In this document: positions 9,824-19,267 of the stretch, piece by piece
Layout: the number at the start of each line of letters is the position of its first letter
Numbering within the stretch: position 1 is the first letter of the stretch
Source of the DNA: a virus
IMG/VR virus record: IMGVR_UViG_3300025362_000005
Span: 1-64,000 of that record
Strand: one strand, 5' to 3'
Length of the DNA: 64,000 nt
Program-made: the position numbers and the translations under genes
Notes under the pieces: model-generated
The model's input: the letters and a program-made list of their open reading frames with translations, nothing else
Database searches by the model: none
Told to the model about the DNA's origin: nothing

Positions 9824-10675
9824 CTAGAATTCAGTTAAATACATTCGTTGATCAGCGCAAAGCACAGGTAATCCGAGTTTCTTCCACATACGTACAACTG
9901 AAGGACGATCGTCAATAACCATTGTTACATTGTGCTTGTCTTTCACATAGTTTTCATACATTTCTTGTTTCACAACAGTGTCAGGTCGGTTATCTCCTTC
10001 ATCTCTCATGTACAATTCATTGTACTTAATCATGTTCTCATCTAACCACTTTATGGTAGCGTCACGCCCACTTGTGTCTCGTCCACTAAAAAGTATTAAT
10101 GTCTCTTCAGTAACAAGTGCATCAAGTATAGTTGCTATATGCCAATACACAGTGTCTTCCCCTACTTTTGTCATATCATATGGACTACGATTTCCTTTAC
10201 AAGCAAGTGTACCATCTATATCACAGATAACACAGTCATCAAGCTCTTCATCATATTCTACAACAGGTCGTTTATCCATGAACTGATTATAGGTATCTTG
10301 AATAACTTTTGCACCCACACCATTAGCTCTTTTGTTGTCTCTAGTAACACATGTCTGTACCTCTGTAGTAAATACTTCTACATTAAAACTCGCATTACAT
10401 TCATCAGCAATATCTTTCAACACATTGTAATGTTTTTGTGCTAGGTTTGTATCATCAACAACGACGTTATATCCTGTAGTGAGCCAGTGCCTTATAAGCA
10501 TATTTCTAATACGTAACACTTCTTTTTCATTGCCAGTGGTGTAACGCCCTCCATCTACCATAGCACGTAGATCGTCTTTGTTCACTCGCTTCCACTCAGT
10601 TTTTTCACAAAGCTCTTTCGCCATTTTTGTTTTCCCCGATGCTTGTAAGCCCTGTAGCATTAATAATTCTTTCAT
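9824..10675 (-). CDS. pseT: polynucleotide 5'-kinase/3'-phosphatase (PseT-like)
   Basis: GLQASGKT, NKDDLR, DDTN kinase motifs; DIDGTL, SGR, DDR HAD phosphatase motifs. Confidence 0.92.
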   Translation of the reverse strand: MKELLMLQGLQASGKTKMAKELCEKTEWKRVNKDDLRAMVDGGRYTTGNEKEVLRIRNMLIRHWLTTGYNVVVDDTNLAQKHYNVLKDIADECNASFNVEVFTTEVQTCVTRDNKRANGVGAKVIQDTYNQFMDKRPVVEYDEELDDCVICDIDGTLACKGNRSPYDMTKVGEDTVYWHIATILDALVTEETLILFSGRDTSGRDATIKWLDENMIKYNELYMRDEGDNRPDTVVKQEMYENYVKDKHNVTMVIDDRPSVVRMWKKLGLPVLCADQRMYLTEF

Positions 10676-11313
10676 ATCTCTACTCCACAAACAGCCCCAC
10701 CAAGATATGTGTAGTATTCAAGTAACTGACTAGGGGTAATTGTACGATCATAACTTAGTTCTAGGCTCCCAAGATGCTGTATACTCTCGTAGTATTTTGT
10801 AATTTTTCTAGGTGGGTACTTTCCCCCCTTGTATATTACTTTGCATCCTAGTAAATCTCGTAATTCTTCATTATTTAAAGGTCTGTATTGTTTAACAGGT
10901 TCTATGTACTCTGCTATAAATTTATAACGCACAGTACCCGTGCTGAATGGGTATGGGCTACTTCTACTTACTCGTAATAACTCAAAAGGTTCTATTTCAC
11001 AAATCCTTTCAAAATCCTCAAGGTAATCACTTCCATATACTTTTTTACCAATTAGCCCTGTTACTCGTTTATCAAGTGGATGACAGATAATGTCTTCTGG
11101 TTTAATATTCACTTCTTTCTCCTTTATTTTTTCTAAATAGACTTCAGCACATACATAAAGCCAATTGCTACACCCTTCTATACCGTAATTAGTAAATATA
11201 TTATGGGGGTGCATACTAACGGTTGTTTCTGTTGATACTATTGTTACTACCGCATTTTCATGCCCCGGCTGTGAACCCACATACCTTACTCTCTCACCTA
11301 TTTCAAACTTCAT
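10672..11313 (-). CDS. hypothetical protein with N-terminal SH3/KOW-like module
   Basis: Begins MKFEIGERVRY. Confidence 0.55.
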   Translation of the reverse strand: MKFEIGERVRYVGSQPGHENAVVTIVSTETTVSMHPHNIFTNYGIEGCSNWLYVCAEVYLEKIKEKEVNIKPEDIICHPLDKRVTGLIGKKVYGSDYLEDFERICEIEPFELLRVSRSSPYPFSTGTVRYKFIAEYIEPVKQYRPLNNEELRDLLGCKVIYKGGKYPPRKITKYYESIQHLGSLELSYDRTITPSQLLEYYTYLGGAVCGVEI

Positions 11314-11612
11314 TTTCCCTCCACTGCTACACTATTTATAAAATGACAATTATCAAACATTACTGGCTGTAGCCATTGAGACTTCAACACAGCTTCTAAA
11401 TCATTGGTGTGAAAGAAACCAAGTAACACATTTACATCTATTTTAGCAAATATATATTGTAGCTTTTCCCTCGATATTACTTTACCTGTCATGGTTCCGC
11501 GATAAAACACAAAGTCTTTGGCAAGTATTTTATCAGTGCCATGGGTTACATATTCCACTCCGTCTTCTTCTATAATGTCGTAGTAGTCTACTGTAACAAG
11601 TTTACGTGTCAT
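11310..11612 (-). CDS. hypothetical protein
   Basis: Packed ORF. Confidence 0.5.
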   Translation of the reverse strand: MTRKLVTVDYYDIIEEDGVEYVTHGTDKILAKDFVFYRGTMTGKVISREKLQYIFAKIDVNVLLGFFHTNDLEAVLKSQWLQPVMFDNCHFINSVAVEGK

Positions 11613-11613
11613 T

Positions 11614-12276
11614 TTAAATCCTTACTTCTTTTATCTGTTGCTTGATACTTAAAACTACTGCTTCAGCCTCACTTAATTCATTTTCTAACCTTTTACTTTC
11701 AGTTGTAACAGGCATGGCATACCGCCACCCCATACCATTCATTTGTCGATACCTATTTACTGCAAATTCAATAATGTATATCTGAGAGCATTTATTTGTA
11801 ACAGGGGCTATATCAGAGACATAGCATAGCATAGCACGCCCTCTAGGTAAACCCCGCATCCATTCAGGATAGTCTTTAATATCCACTGTAATATCCACTG
11901 TAACATACTCTGGTTTCACAGGGTCTAGCCATTCATCTGAGCATGTGTGTGTATCTTTTAAATTAAACTGTATAACGTATTCGTCGTTAATCTCATCACA
12001 ATATATAATCACTGCTACTTCATTATTATGTGTTATTTCACCATACCCTGTGTACACCACTTTGTCGCCTTTTCTATATTTCATTTCTTTCTCCTTAACT
12101 ATATTTAACCGACTTTCATGACATTCCCACGTATCTTTATCAGCAAACCGTATTATACATATACTTGTGTTACTGTTATAATTAGTAGAGTACCCTATTA
12201 CTGTAGCGGTTTCTCTATTTCGTCCTTTTACACAACGTCCTGTGTATTTTACTTTGTCACCTACGTTAAATTTCAT
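11614..12276 (-). CDS. hypothetical protein with two SH3/KOW-like modules
   Basis: KFNVGDKVKYTG and KYRKGDKVVYTG repeats. Confidence 0.6.
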   Translation of the reverse strand: MKFNVGDKVKYTGRCVKGRNRETATVIGYSTNYNSNTSICIIRFADKDTWECHESRLNIVKEKEMKYRKGDKVVYTGYGEITHNNEVAVIIYCDEINDEYVIQFNLKDTHTCSDEWLDPVKPEYVTVDITVDIKDYPEWMRGLPRGRAMLCYVSDIAPVTNKCSQIYIIEFAVNRYRQMNGMGWRYAMPVTTESKRLENELSEAEAVVLSIKQQIKEVRI

Positions 12277-12500
12277 ACTGTCTCCTTTGGAAAAAGTCTA
12301 TTCATTTCGTTTGTGATAGTTTTATAGCAACTAAGGGGACTGTCTTCCCATCTCCCTATTTCCACACACAGACTAGAGTTAACTACAAGTGTGCTTATAT
12401 CCGAATTATCATACTCTATTTGATTGATAGCATCAACTACATGATGCAAAAATCCCATGTCTTCATCAATCACTAAAACCTCTAACTTACATACTTTCAT
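12273..12500 (-). CDS. hypothetical protein
   Basis: Packed ORF with ATGA overlaps. Confidence 0.5.
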   Translation of the reverse strand: MKVCKLEVLVIDEDMGFLHHVVDAINQIEYDNSDISTLVVNSSLCVEIGRWEDSPLSCYKTITNEMNRLFPKETV

Positions 12501-13063
12501 TTTCTACCCCTTTTCTTTATCTCAGCTATTTCCCAATTCTCAGGCAAGTTCTTCATTTCTTCTAAAATAGTATCAAAAGCTACGGGCTTATAATCCCAAA
12601 ACTCACAATTCATATTTAGCATCTTTCCCACAGGCGTGATGCGTGGGGTATTGTTGTGTATGTGTCCATATAGATTAAATGATGTAGCTACATGGCTTCT
12701 GTACCATGTCATCATAGGATGGTGACTTAGTGTTAAATGGTGCTCCCCAATTTTTACTACCTTTTGCATAGCCACTGAATCCCATGCTTTATGGTGAATT
12801 ACTTTCCCCATACGATGATCGTGATTACCTATTATAAGGTGCATAGTAATCCCATGTGGTTTTCGTTTCATGAACTCTAGCGCAGTAGATTGGTTCCACG
12901 CTAAATCACCTAGAATATATAAATTACTTCCCTTAGGGATATCAAATATATTTGTCATCAATACTTCATTCATTTCCTCTATAGAATCAAAAGGTCTATC
13001 CGACATTTTAATCACATTCTTATGTGAAAAGTGGGGGTCACTTAGGTAATAACTATCACTCAT
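12497..13063 (-). CDS. calcineurin-like metallophosphoesterase
   Basis: SDPHFSH, LGD, GNHD, SHHP, LYGHIH. Confidence 0.9.
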   Translation of the reverse strand: MSDSYYLSDPHFSHKNVIKMSDRPFDSIEEMNEVLMTNIFDIPKGSNLYILGDLAWNQSTALEFMKRKPHGITMHLIIGNHDHRMGKVIHHKAWDSVAMQKVVKIGEHHLTLSHHPMMTWYRSHVATSFNLYGHIHNNTPRITPVGKMLNMNCEFWDYKPVAFDTILEEMKNLPENWEIAEIKKRGRK

Positions 13064-13251
13064 ATCATGGTCTCCATAAATGCTTCTGTGGTTTGCTCCC
13101 AACAACTAGGTTTAGTCCCAAATTTATCTACTGGTAATCCAAATGCATGGGCATCAGCAATTACTTTTGGGGTTAGTGCGCGAGCACAATCAAGTGCATA
13201 TAAACAAGTTTTATAAAATGGGCAAAAACTTCGGTCTCGATAACATATCAT
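13060..13251 (-). CDS. small Cys-rich hypothetical protein
   Basis: MICYRDRSFC...C...C.RALT, with RBS. Confidence 0.55.
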   Translation of the reverse strand: MICYRDRSFCPFYKTCLYALDCARALTPKVIADAHAFGLPVDKFGTKPSCWEQTTEAFMETMI

Positions 13252-13446
13252 AATTTTCTCCTTTTACTATCTCTATTCTACACGATACAGCAGGTTGTGT
13301 CAACCCCAATTTCAAGAACTGATAAACCTTCCTGTGTTGCTAACTCATTTTCTACATAAATATAGGCAATATCCATAGTGTTCAGCTTCTTAACATTTAT
13401 CCATCGTTTGTTCTGCTTATAGCTTTTAGGCATTTCATGGTTCTCA

Positions 13447-13818
13447 TCAACAACTATCGGACTGCCATCCTGTTTGCGTAATATCCTTCCTGTGTTGTAA
13501 TCGTATAATATAATCAAGTTTTTTTGTCCTTTTTGTTCTCATAATTTCTACATCGTACTCAAAGTACTTTTGTTGTGCTTTTTCATCTAAAAAATCATAT
13601 AGTATCCCACCTATAATCATGCTACGTGCCATTGACTTAGCAGGTGGCAAATCCTCATATACCTTCTTCCAGTATTCGTCCCATCCACTGTCTTCATATA
13701 TGTTGTATATTTTCATTCTAAAATTATATGCATGACAAACATGACGGCTATAGTTCTGTCTAAAGTGTGTCCACGCTATTACAGACACGGCTAGTGCGAA
13801 ACCAATTACTATTATCAT
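13447..13818 (-). CDS. hypothetical protein with N-terminal membrane anchor
   Basis: Hydrophobic N-terminus; start overlaps the polA stop. Confidence 0.45.
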   Translation of the reverse strand: MIIVIGFALAVSVIAWTHFRQNYSRHVCHAYNFRMKIYNIYEDSGWDEYWKKVYEDLPPAKSMARSMIIGGILYDFLDEKAQQKYFEYDVEIMRTKRTKKLDYIIRLQHRKDITQTGWQSDSC

Positions 13819-16800
13819 CTACTTCGTATTGCTCCCTTTTCAGCCATCTTATTCCATGGCTCTCCTACTTCTGCTTGCTCATATTTTAACTCTAATGGTA
13901 CTATAATCCATTTCCACTCATTAGTCAAGTCCTGTAAACACTCTTTTACAATAATATGAAAAAAGTCTTCTTCAGCAGGTACTACACATGCTACAATAGA
14001 GTCATGTACTTGTCCTGTTAAACGAGTATCCATTTTCAACTCTTTTAATCTCGCATCTATTCTCAAATATAAACTCAATAAACAATGAAAAGCACTACCC
14101 TGTGTTTCAATATTATGTACTTGATTACGAGTACGAAATGTTGTTGACCTAAAACCTGTATTGAAATCTATATACCCTGTTTTCAAATACCGTTTATAGT
14201 TGGCTTCTCTCCATTTACCAAATACCCCAAAGCGTTCTTCCCAAAACACTCGTTCAGCCTCCATCACTAATAACGTATATTGTCTCAACGTCTTATACCC
14301 TTTTGATGCCAAATGGATTTTGCTTTCCTTAGGCATAGTATCCCACAGCGTTTTCGCACAATTCACATAGTACGAACCAAATTGTTGACTAAAGGTAAAG
14401 CCCCCCTTTGTTGCTTGACGTTCCTCTTCTAATAAATCCTTTTCAGTTCTTAAAAATAAATCATAAGCGGTATCAGTATGCATATTGTTTAGTTCAGGAT
14501 GGGCCAAATATTCTAGCATCTGTGGGTCTTTGTGTAAACAAGCCCCTATATTCACTTCTAATGAACTAAAATCCAACTCTTCTAAAAACGTGTTCTTATC
14601 GGGAATAAACGTAGAGCGTATATACCTTTTTGCTGATTTGTTTCGTTTGGGTAAATTTTGGAAGGATATAGCTCCACTCGAAGAATTGTGTACACATATC
14701 TCGTTTGCAAAAAAGTTATGAAATTCTTCTACTTCTATATCGTATACATCTACCACTTTATTTATCCACTCTACATTCGTTATTACATGATTTCCGGGAA
14801 CAAATTCACCAAACTGATTAGCCCATTTTCTGTTGTATTCTATTCCATAAATTTCACATAGTTTTTTTAATTTATAATAATTGTGCCCTATTACTTTACT
14901 TGTATCAGTTAAACCCATAGTTTTTAAATACTTGAGTAACTTATTCTTAGAAATATATCCACCATTTTTGTCATACCTAATCTTTATGACATCATATTTT
15001 ATATTGTATAGTTTTATTGCTCTTTTCATTACATCGTAACTATACTCAGCATGAGTGGGTAGCCCTTTTGCCTTAACCAAAGCACGTATACATTGTATTT
15101 TATTTATCTTAAATCTTGGTACTGGTACATACACAATATCCCTTGCTTTTGGATGTGAGTTATCTGTAGTAAACATCATAGCATCTTTGTCATAAACATA
15201 TTTATCCAGATGTTTGGCAACCCCATGATGATACCCATGTGCTTCCTTTGTTGTTTTCATTAAATTGGTAAATGAGTTGTCTTTATGATTCCAATTCAAA
15301 TGGTGAATCACATCGTCTGTAATTAACTTCTCTTTTGAAAATTGCTCATATATTAATCTATGCTCTATTACACCTTTTCCATGTTTTAGATGCCCTGTAA
15401 AATTTAATTTATCCCCACTGCGAGAACATGATAATGTGCGTGTCTTAGCACTGTGCTTGCTATCTGCTTCTGTTCTGTGGTCTTTATCAAGTAAATGCTG
15501 TGCTTCTACATAGCTTCCGTCTATTAACCTTATTTTATGCTCAGGTGTTACATCAACATACCCACCACCATGTTTCCCACCACCTTTTACACTGTAGTGA
15601 ACACGTACCACTTCCCTGTGTCCAGTCTTCCCCGCCCACAACACTTTTCTTATAGCAGGCTGTTTCGTATCTGAAAAGCAGTAAACATAGGCCCCTTCAC
15701 GTACTTTTTCTATGGGAATACCATCAGGATGTTTTTCATTATCTTTACAAACAAGCACCTTAGTCCCTTCTGCTACGCAAGACCTGAACGTAGGCACTAC
15801 ATTGAAATTAAAACTAGGATGTATGTAATTATCAAGAGTGTTTTTCTGTATACCATCTAAATATGTTGATTTGATCTTCTCCAACTTCCTATATTTTAAT
15901 AACACATCCAAAAACTCTGAGGGCTCAATCTCCCCTAGTTTCTCCAATGCTTCTGCATCTGTTGATGGTTGTTCTTTCTTTGTGAACTTGGTCGGCGTAC
16001 AACCCATGATAGTATATAACAAATGACTTAAATCAGGAGGGGATGCATGATTAAAAGGGGTTGGTTTATCCCATAGGGCTACTTCAGGTGTCTCATACAA
16101 TATCTCATGCATTACCTCTAGTTTTACACCCACTTCTTTGAGATTACGCTCAACAGCTACAACATCTATCTTCATGCCTCTGTACTCTGTGTCAGCAAAT
16201 ACTTTTGTAGCATCCATAAACAATTTAATACCTGTTGCTATATGAGGCATAGTGGCTATAGCTTTCAACTGTGCTTCATATAACCACGCTGTGAACAAAC
16301 TATCGTATGCACAATAGGTGAGTAGTTTATCGGCAATGAGATGTAGCTCCCCTCTTTTCTTATAATAGTAGAGTTGATTAAATGCGTGTATAGTGTCTTC
16401 ATTGGATTCCCATAAATATTTTATGTCGTCATCATACCCTATTATACCAAAATGTAGAAATGACTGGTATTTTAAACTCGTGATGCCTTTAGTGTTATTT
16501 ATACAATGAGCATTTATCATAGTGTCAGCAACAATACCTTCCGGAAAACGTCCTGTCAACGCCTTACTCCATATCATCTCAAATTTAGCATTATGTGCTA
16601 CCTTAGAAGTGTCAGACTGTAAGAACTTGGTCACAATTTCTTTTATCTCAGGAGTAAGCAAAAATACAATAGATTTATGAATCGTGGCTATACTCATACA
16701 AATGACTTCATGACCCTTTCTATAGGGCTGTAGTCCAGTTGCTTCATAGTCAAAAGATTTCACCAATGGACTGTCTATCATTTCTGTTATACCTGCTATA

Positions 16801-17471
16801 ATATCCTTGGTATTACTGAGTATGTGTATTCTTTCATCAGCAAGAGTTTGGTAGTTTACAAAAGAAGTGAAACGTATTGCTTTACGAAATGCCTGCCCCA
16901 TCTTTAATAAAATTACATTGTTTCGCTTCTCTACCACGAAATCATGTACGCTATATGTGGGGTATACAATAGTGGAGCAATCTAACAACGGTATAGCATT
17001 ATTTTCTAGTTTAGCCATTTCTCCGCAAGGTGTACTATTTCCAAAAAGCACAGTCATAGCAGTAACGCCCATAGCTACTACACTTTCAAAATTATGATCG
17101 TTTATGAACGTTTTTAATCTATTCCTACAGACGGGTATCGTAGATTTGTTAAGAACTGAGTGACGGCATTGTATTGCATTTATTACACAAATATCCGAGA
17201 ACTCAATACCTGATGAAACACACAATTCTTTGAGTACTTCTAAGGTTTCTCCACTAGCAACCTTGTGGCGTCTGTCAGCAAGTCTGCTAGGACTATCTAT
17301 AACAACTAACAACTTGCTATTTACATTCCCCATAGGCACCATCTTGGGACTGTCACACTGCTTATAGAGTCCACAACTCTCACAACTATACTCCACTTCT
17401 CTCACGGTTTTAACTGCTTTAGGTTTTACTAGTGTGTCTGTCTCAGGCATTATGTCGAAAAAGCTTTCCAC
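13815..17471 (-). CDS. polA: family A DNA polymerase with N-terminal UDG-like domain, 3'-5' exonuclease and intein
   Basis: CESCGLYKQC UDG-like N-terminus; FDYEATGL, AHNAKFE and YCAYDS exonuclease motifs; LDFSSLE, RQATK..F.F..QFG and QVHDSI polymerase motifs. Confidence 0.93.
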   Translation of the reverse strand: MESFFDIMPETDTLVKPKAVKTVREVEYSCESCGLYKQCDSPKMVPMGNVNSKLLVVIDSPSRLADRRHKVASGETLEVLKELCVSSGIEFSDICVINAIQCRHSVLNKSTIPVCRNRLKTFINDHNFESVVAMGVTAMTVLFGNSTPCGEMAKLENNAIPLLDCSTIVYPTYSVHDFVVEKRNNVILLKMGQAFRKAIRFTSFVNYQTLADERIHILSNTKDIIAGITEMIDSPLVKSFDYEATGLQPYRKGHEVICMSIATIHKSIVFLLTPEIKEIVTKFLQSDTSKVAHNAKFEMIWSKALTGRFPEGIVADTMINAHCINNTKGITSLKYQSFLHFGIIGYDDDIKYLWESNEDTIHAFNQLYYYKKRGELHLIADKLLTYCAYDSLFTAWLYEAQLKAIATMPHIATGIKLFMDATKVFADTEYRGMKIDVVAVERNLKEVGVKLEVMHEILYETPEVALWDKPTPFNHASPPDLSHLLYTIMGCTPTKFTKKEQPSTDAEALEKLGEIEPSEFLDVLLKYRKLEKIKSTYLDGIQKNTLDNYIHPSFNFNVVPTFRSCVAEGTKVLVCKDNEKHPDGIPIEKVREGAYVYCFSDTKQPAIRKVLWAGKTGHREVVRVHYSVKGGGKHGGGYVDVTPEHKIRLIDGSYVEAQHLLDKDHRTEADSKHSAKTRTLSCSRSGDKLNFTGHLKHGKGVIEHRLIYEQFSKEKLITDDVIHHLNWNHKDNSFTNLMKTTKEAHGYHHGVAKHLDKYVYDKDAMMFTTDNSHPKARDIVYVPVPRFKINKIQCIRALVKAKGLPTHAEYSYDVMKRAIKLYNIKYDVIKIRYDKNGGYISKNKLLKYLKTMGLTDTSKVIGHNYYKLKKLCEIYGIEYNRKWANQFGEFVPGNHVITNVEWINKVVDVYDIEVEEFHNFFANEICVHNSSSGAISFQNLPKRNKSAKRYIRSTFIPDKNTFLEELDFSSLEVNIGACLHKDPQMLEYLAHPELNNMHTDTAYDLFLRTEKDLLEEERQATKGGFTFSQQFGSYYVNCAKTLWDTMPKESKIHLASKGYKTLRQYTLLVMEAERVFWEERFGVFGKWREANYKRYLKTGYIDFNTGFRSTTFRTRNQVHNIETQGSAFHCLLSLYLRIDARLKELKMDTRLTGQVHDSIVACVVPAEEDFFHIIVKECLQDLTNEWKWIIVPLELKYEQAEVGEPWNKMAEKGAIRSR
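14685..15779 (-). mobile_element. intein with HNH homing endonuclease in PolA
   Basis: TFRS|CVAEGTKV...TPEH...VYDIEVEEFHNFFANEICVHN|S; internal EHRLIY...IHHLNWNHKDN..TNL HNH motif; 365 aa. Confidence 0.93.
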
Positions 17472-18484
17472 TATTTCTTCCTTAATATTTTAATAAATAA
17501 AGAACTGACTTCATTACGTGCACACAAAAAACATCCTATCTTATCCTCTAGTAAATACATGGTACCTTCTCCTGCTTTCAAACACTTTAAAAACATATCC
17601 ACTGGTATAGTATAAATATTATCTTTTACATTTTCACTGACGTAATCCACGTGCTCAGTAATTTTATCACCACTTATAGACGCTATAGTCAGGTCTTTAT
17701 TAGTGCGTAGTGAAAATACTTGATGTTGATCATCATTCACACTGGTACTAATTTGTACACGGTTGATAGCATCAAGCACAGCCTGTGTGTCGGCAATAAC
17801 TATTTTATGAGTAAAATCTGACTTAGGAGCGAGGACTTGATTAATTACATTTAATGGATACTCCATACCAATACGTAGTTTAAACCCTATTATTGCTTCA
17901 TCGGTATACACATATAGAAATCCTTGGGTAATGGCATAATGTGTGAGATTTTGTAGATTGATGATTGTTTCACAGGCTTCACGTGGTAGCCAAAACGATG
18001 TGCCAAAAGGAGAGGCTATTTTATACACTCCTATATCACGTGCATTCAACATATATGCTGTATCGTCATCGACATAAACCCCACTTACTGCTTTCTTGTG
18101 ATTCTGAAATCTGACTATTCCCAACATTTCCAAGAAATCTGTGGGTAGTGGTGTGCGTACAAGGTTATCAGGGAATACTGTTTTCTTATAGAGTGCTAAT
18201 GCATCTTCTTGCTTACGAAAACTTGCTTTATTTCTGCCGTATTTCACGAGTACAAGACTTGGGTCATCAATAAATATAGAATCCTCTACTGTAATTCTAC
18301 TCAGTAGTGTACCAAATTTCTGTGCATCGATACTACCTGTTACTGTTAAATCTGTTACTGCTTTTACTGCCATCAACCCATTGTATGCAAACACTTCCTC
18401 GTTTTCAAAATACAGGGTGTTACTACCTGCTAGTTGTGTGGCGTTCTTAGTTGTTGCTTTTAACGCTAATTCAATACTGTTCAT
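17471..18484 (-). CDS. putative sliding clamp (DnaN-like)
   Basis: 337 aa beta/alpha repeat pattern, AYNG, SGVYV, EYP; directly upstream of polA with a DnaX-like loader elsewhere in the arm. Confidence 0.6.
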   Translation of the reverse strand: MNSIELALKATTKNATQLAGSNTLYFENEEVFAYNGLMAVKAVTDLTVTGSIDAQKFGTLLSRITVEDSIFIDDPSLVLVKYGRNKASFRKQEDALALYKKTVFPDNLVRTPLPTDFLEMLGIVRFQNHKKAVSGVYVDDDTAYMLNARDIGVYKIASPFGTSFWLPREACETIINLQNLTHYAITQGFLYVYTDEAIIGFKLRIGMEYPLNVINQVLAPKSDFTHKIVIADTQAVLDAINRVQISTSVNDDQHQVFSLRTNKDLTIASISGDKITEHVDYVSENVKDNIYTIPVDMFLKCLKAGEGTMYLLEDKIGCFLCARNEVSSLFIKILRKK

Positions 18485-18499
18485 ATTTTCTCCTTTATT

Positions 18500-18967
18500 T
18501 TATCTTAACACCATTTGTGGAAACATGTCAACACATATTTCCATATAGCGTTTCGTATCCATAGAACATATTACACATGGGTCAAGCACATTGCGTATCT
18601 GTTGTTGTTTGTCAATACTATATGTTTTCAGTAACTTTTGTACACGCTTTTCCCCTGCTTCACTCAACACATACCATTCTTGGGTCTCAAAGAAATCAGA
18701 ATTAATTATTGTGTCCAATTTATTAGTACCTTGTAACGCCATGATCTGTTTACTTATAAACCCCTTTTTATTTAATAGCGCTATAACATCTATAGTTTTT
18801 TTGGTGTACGCTCCATAGTCTGTGGCTACAAACTTTGTTGGTCTCATGGGTATACAATCGCTTAACCACATGTATGTTAAAAACACATTAGCATTCCATA
18901 AGAACTGAGTAGACGCTTTGTGTGTGAAATAAAGTACAACTAAAAAAGTATCCTCTAATGACAGCAT
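18500..18967 (-). CDS. winged-helix protein, YwgA/SocA(Panacea)-like
   Basis: VFL...F.ATDYGAY....D.I..L.KKGFI...Y.LSEAG pattern. Confidence 0.4.
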   Translation of the reverse strand: MLSLEDTFLVVLYFTHKASTQFLWNANVFLTYMWLSDCIPMRPTKFVATDYGAYTKKTIDVIALLNKKGFISKQIMALQGTNKLDTIINSDFFETQEWYVLSEAGEKRVQKLLKTYSIDKQQQIRNVLDPCVICSMDTKRYMEICVDMFPQMVLR

Positions 18968-19266
18968 AATAATTTCCTCATGTCGTCACTACGTCTCCAT
19001 TCTAAAATAGCCTTGTAGTCATACTCTTCATAGGGGATTAAACTGTATAGCCGAGGATTTGTGTTATTAAATCTATATAATGATATAATTGAAGCCTGTG
19101 TTTCATCTGTGTAAATATACAAAGATGATGCATTCCAATTGTAATCTCTGTCTACATATATTTCATACCCTAAATCATGTAAATGATTCAACACATCTAC
19201 TTCATATATACAAGGTATGTGTGCTTTAAACGGTATAAATTGCATTGCTAATCGACTTATTATCAT
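18955..19266 (-). CDS. hypothetical protein
   Basis: Packed ORF. Confidence 0.5.
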   Translation of the reverse strand: MIISRLAMQFIPFKAHIPCIYEVDVLNHLHDLGYEIYVDRDYNWNASSLYIYTDETQASIISLYRFNNTNPRLYSLIPYEEYDYKAILEWRRSDDMRKLLCCH

Positions 19267-19267
19267 A

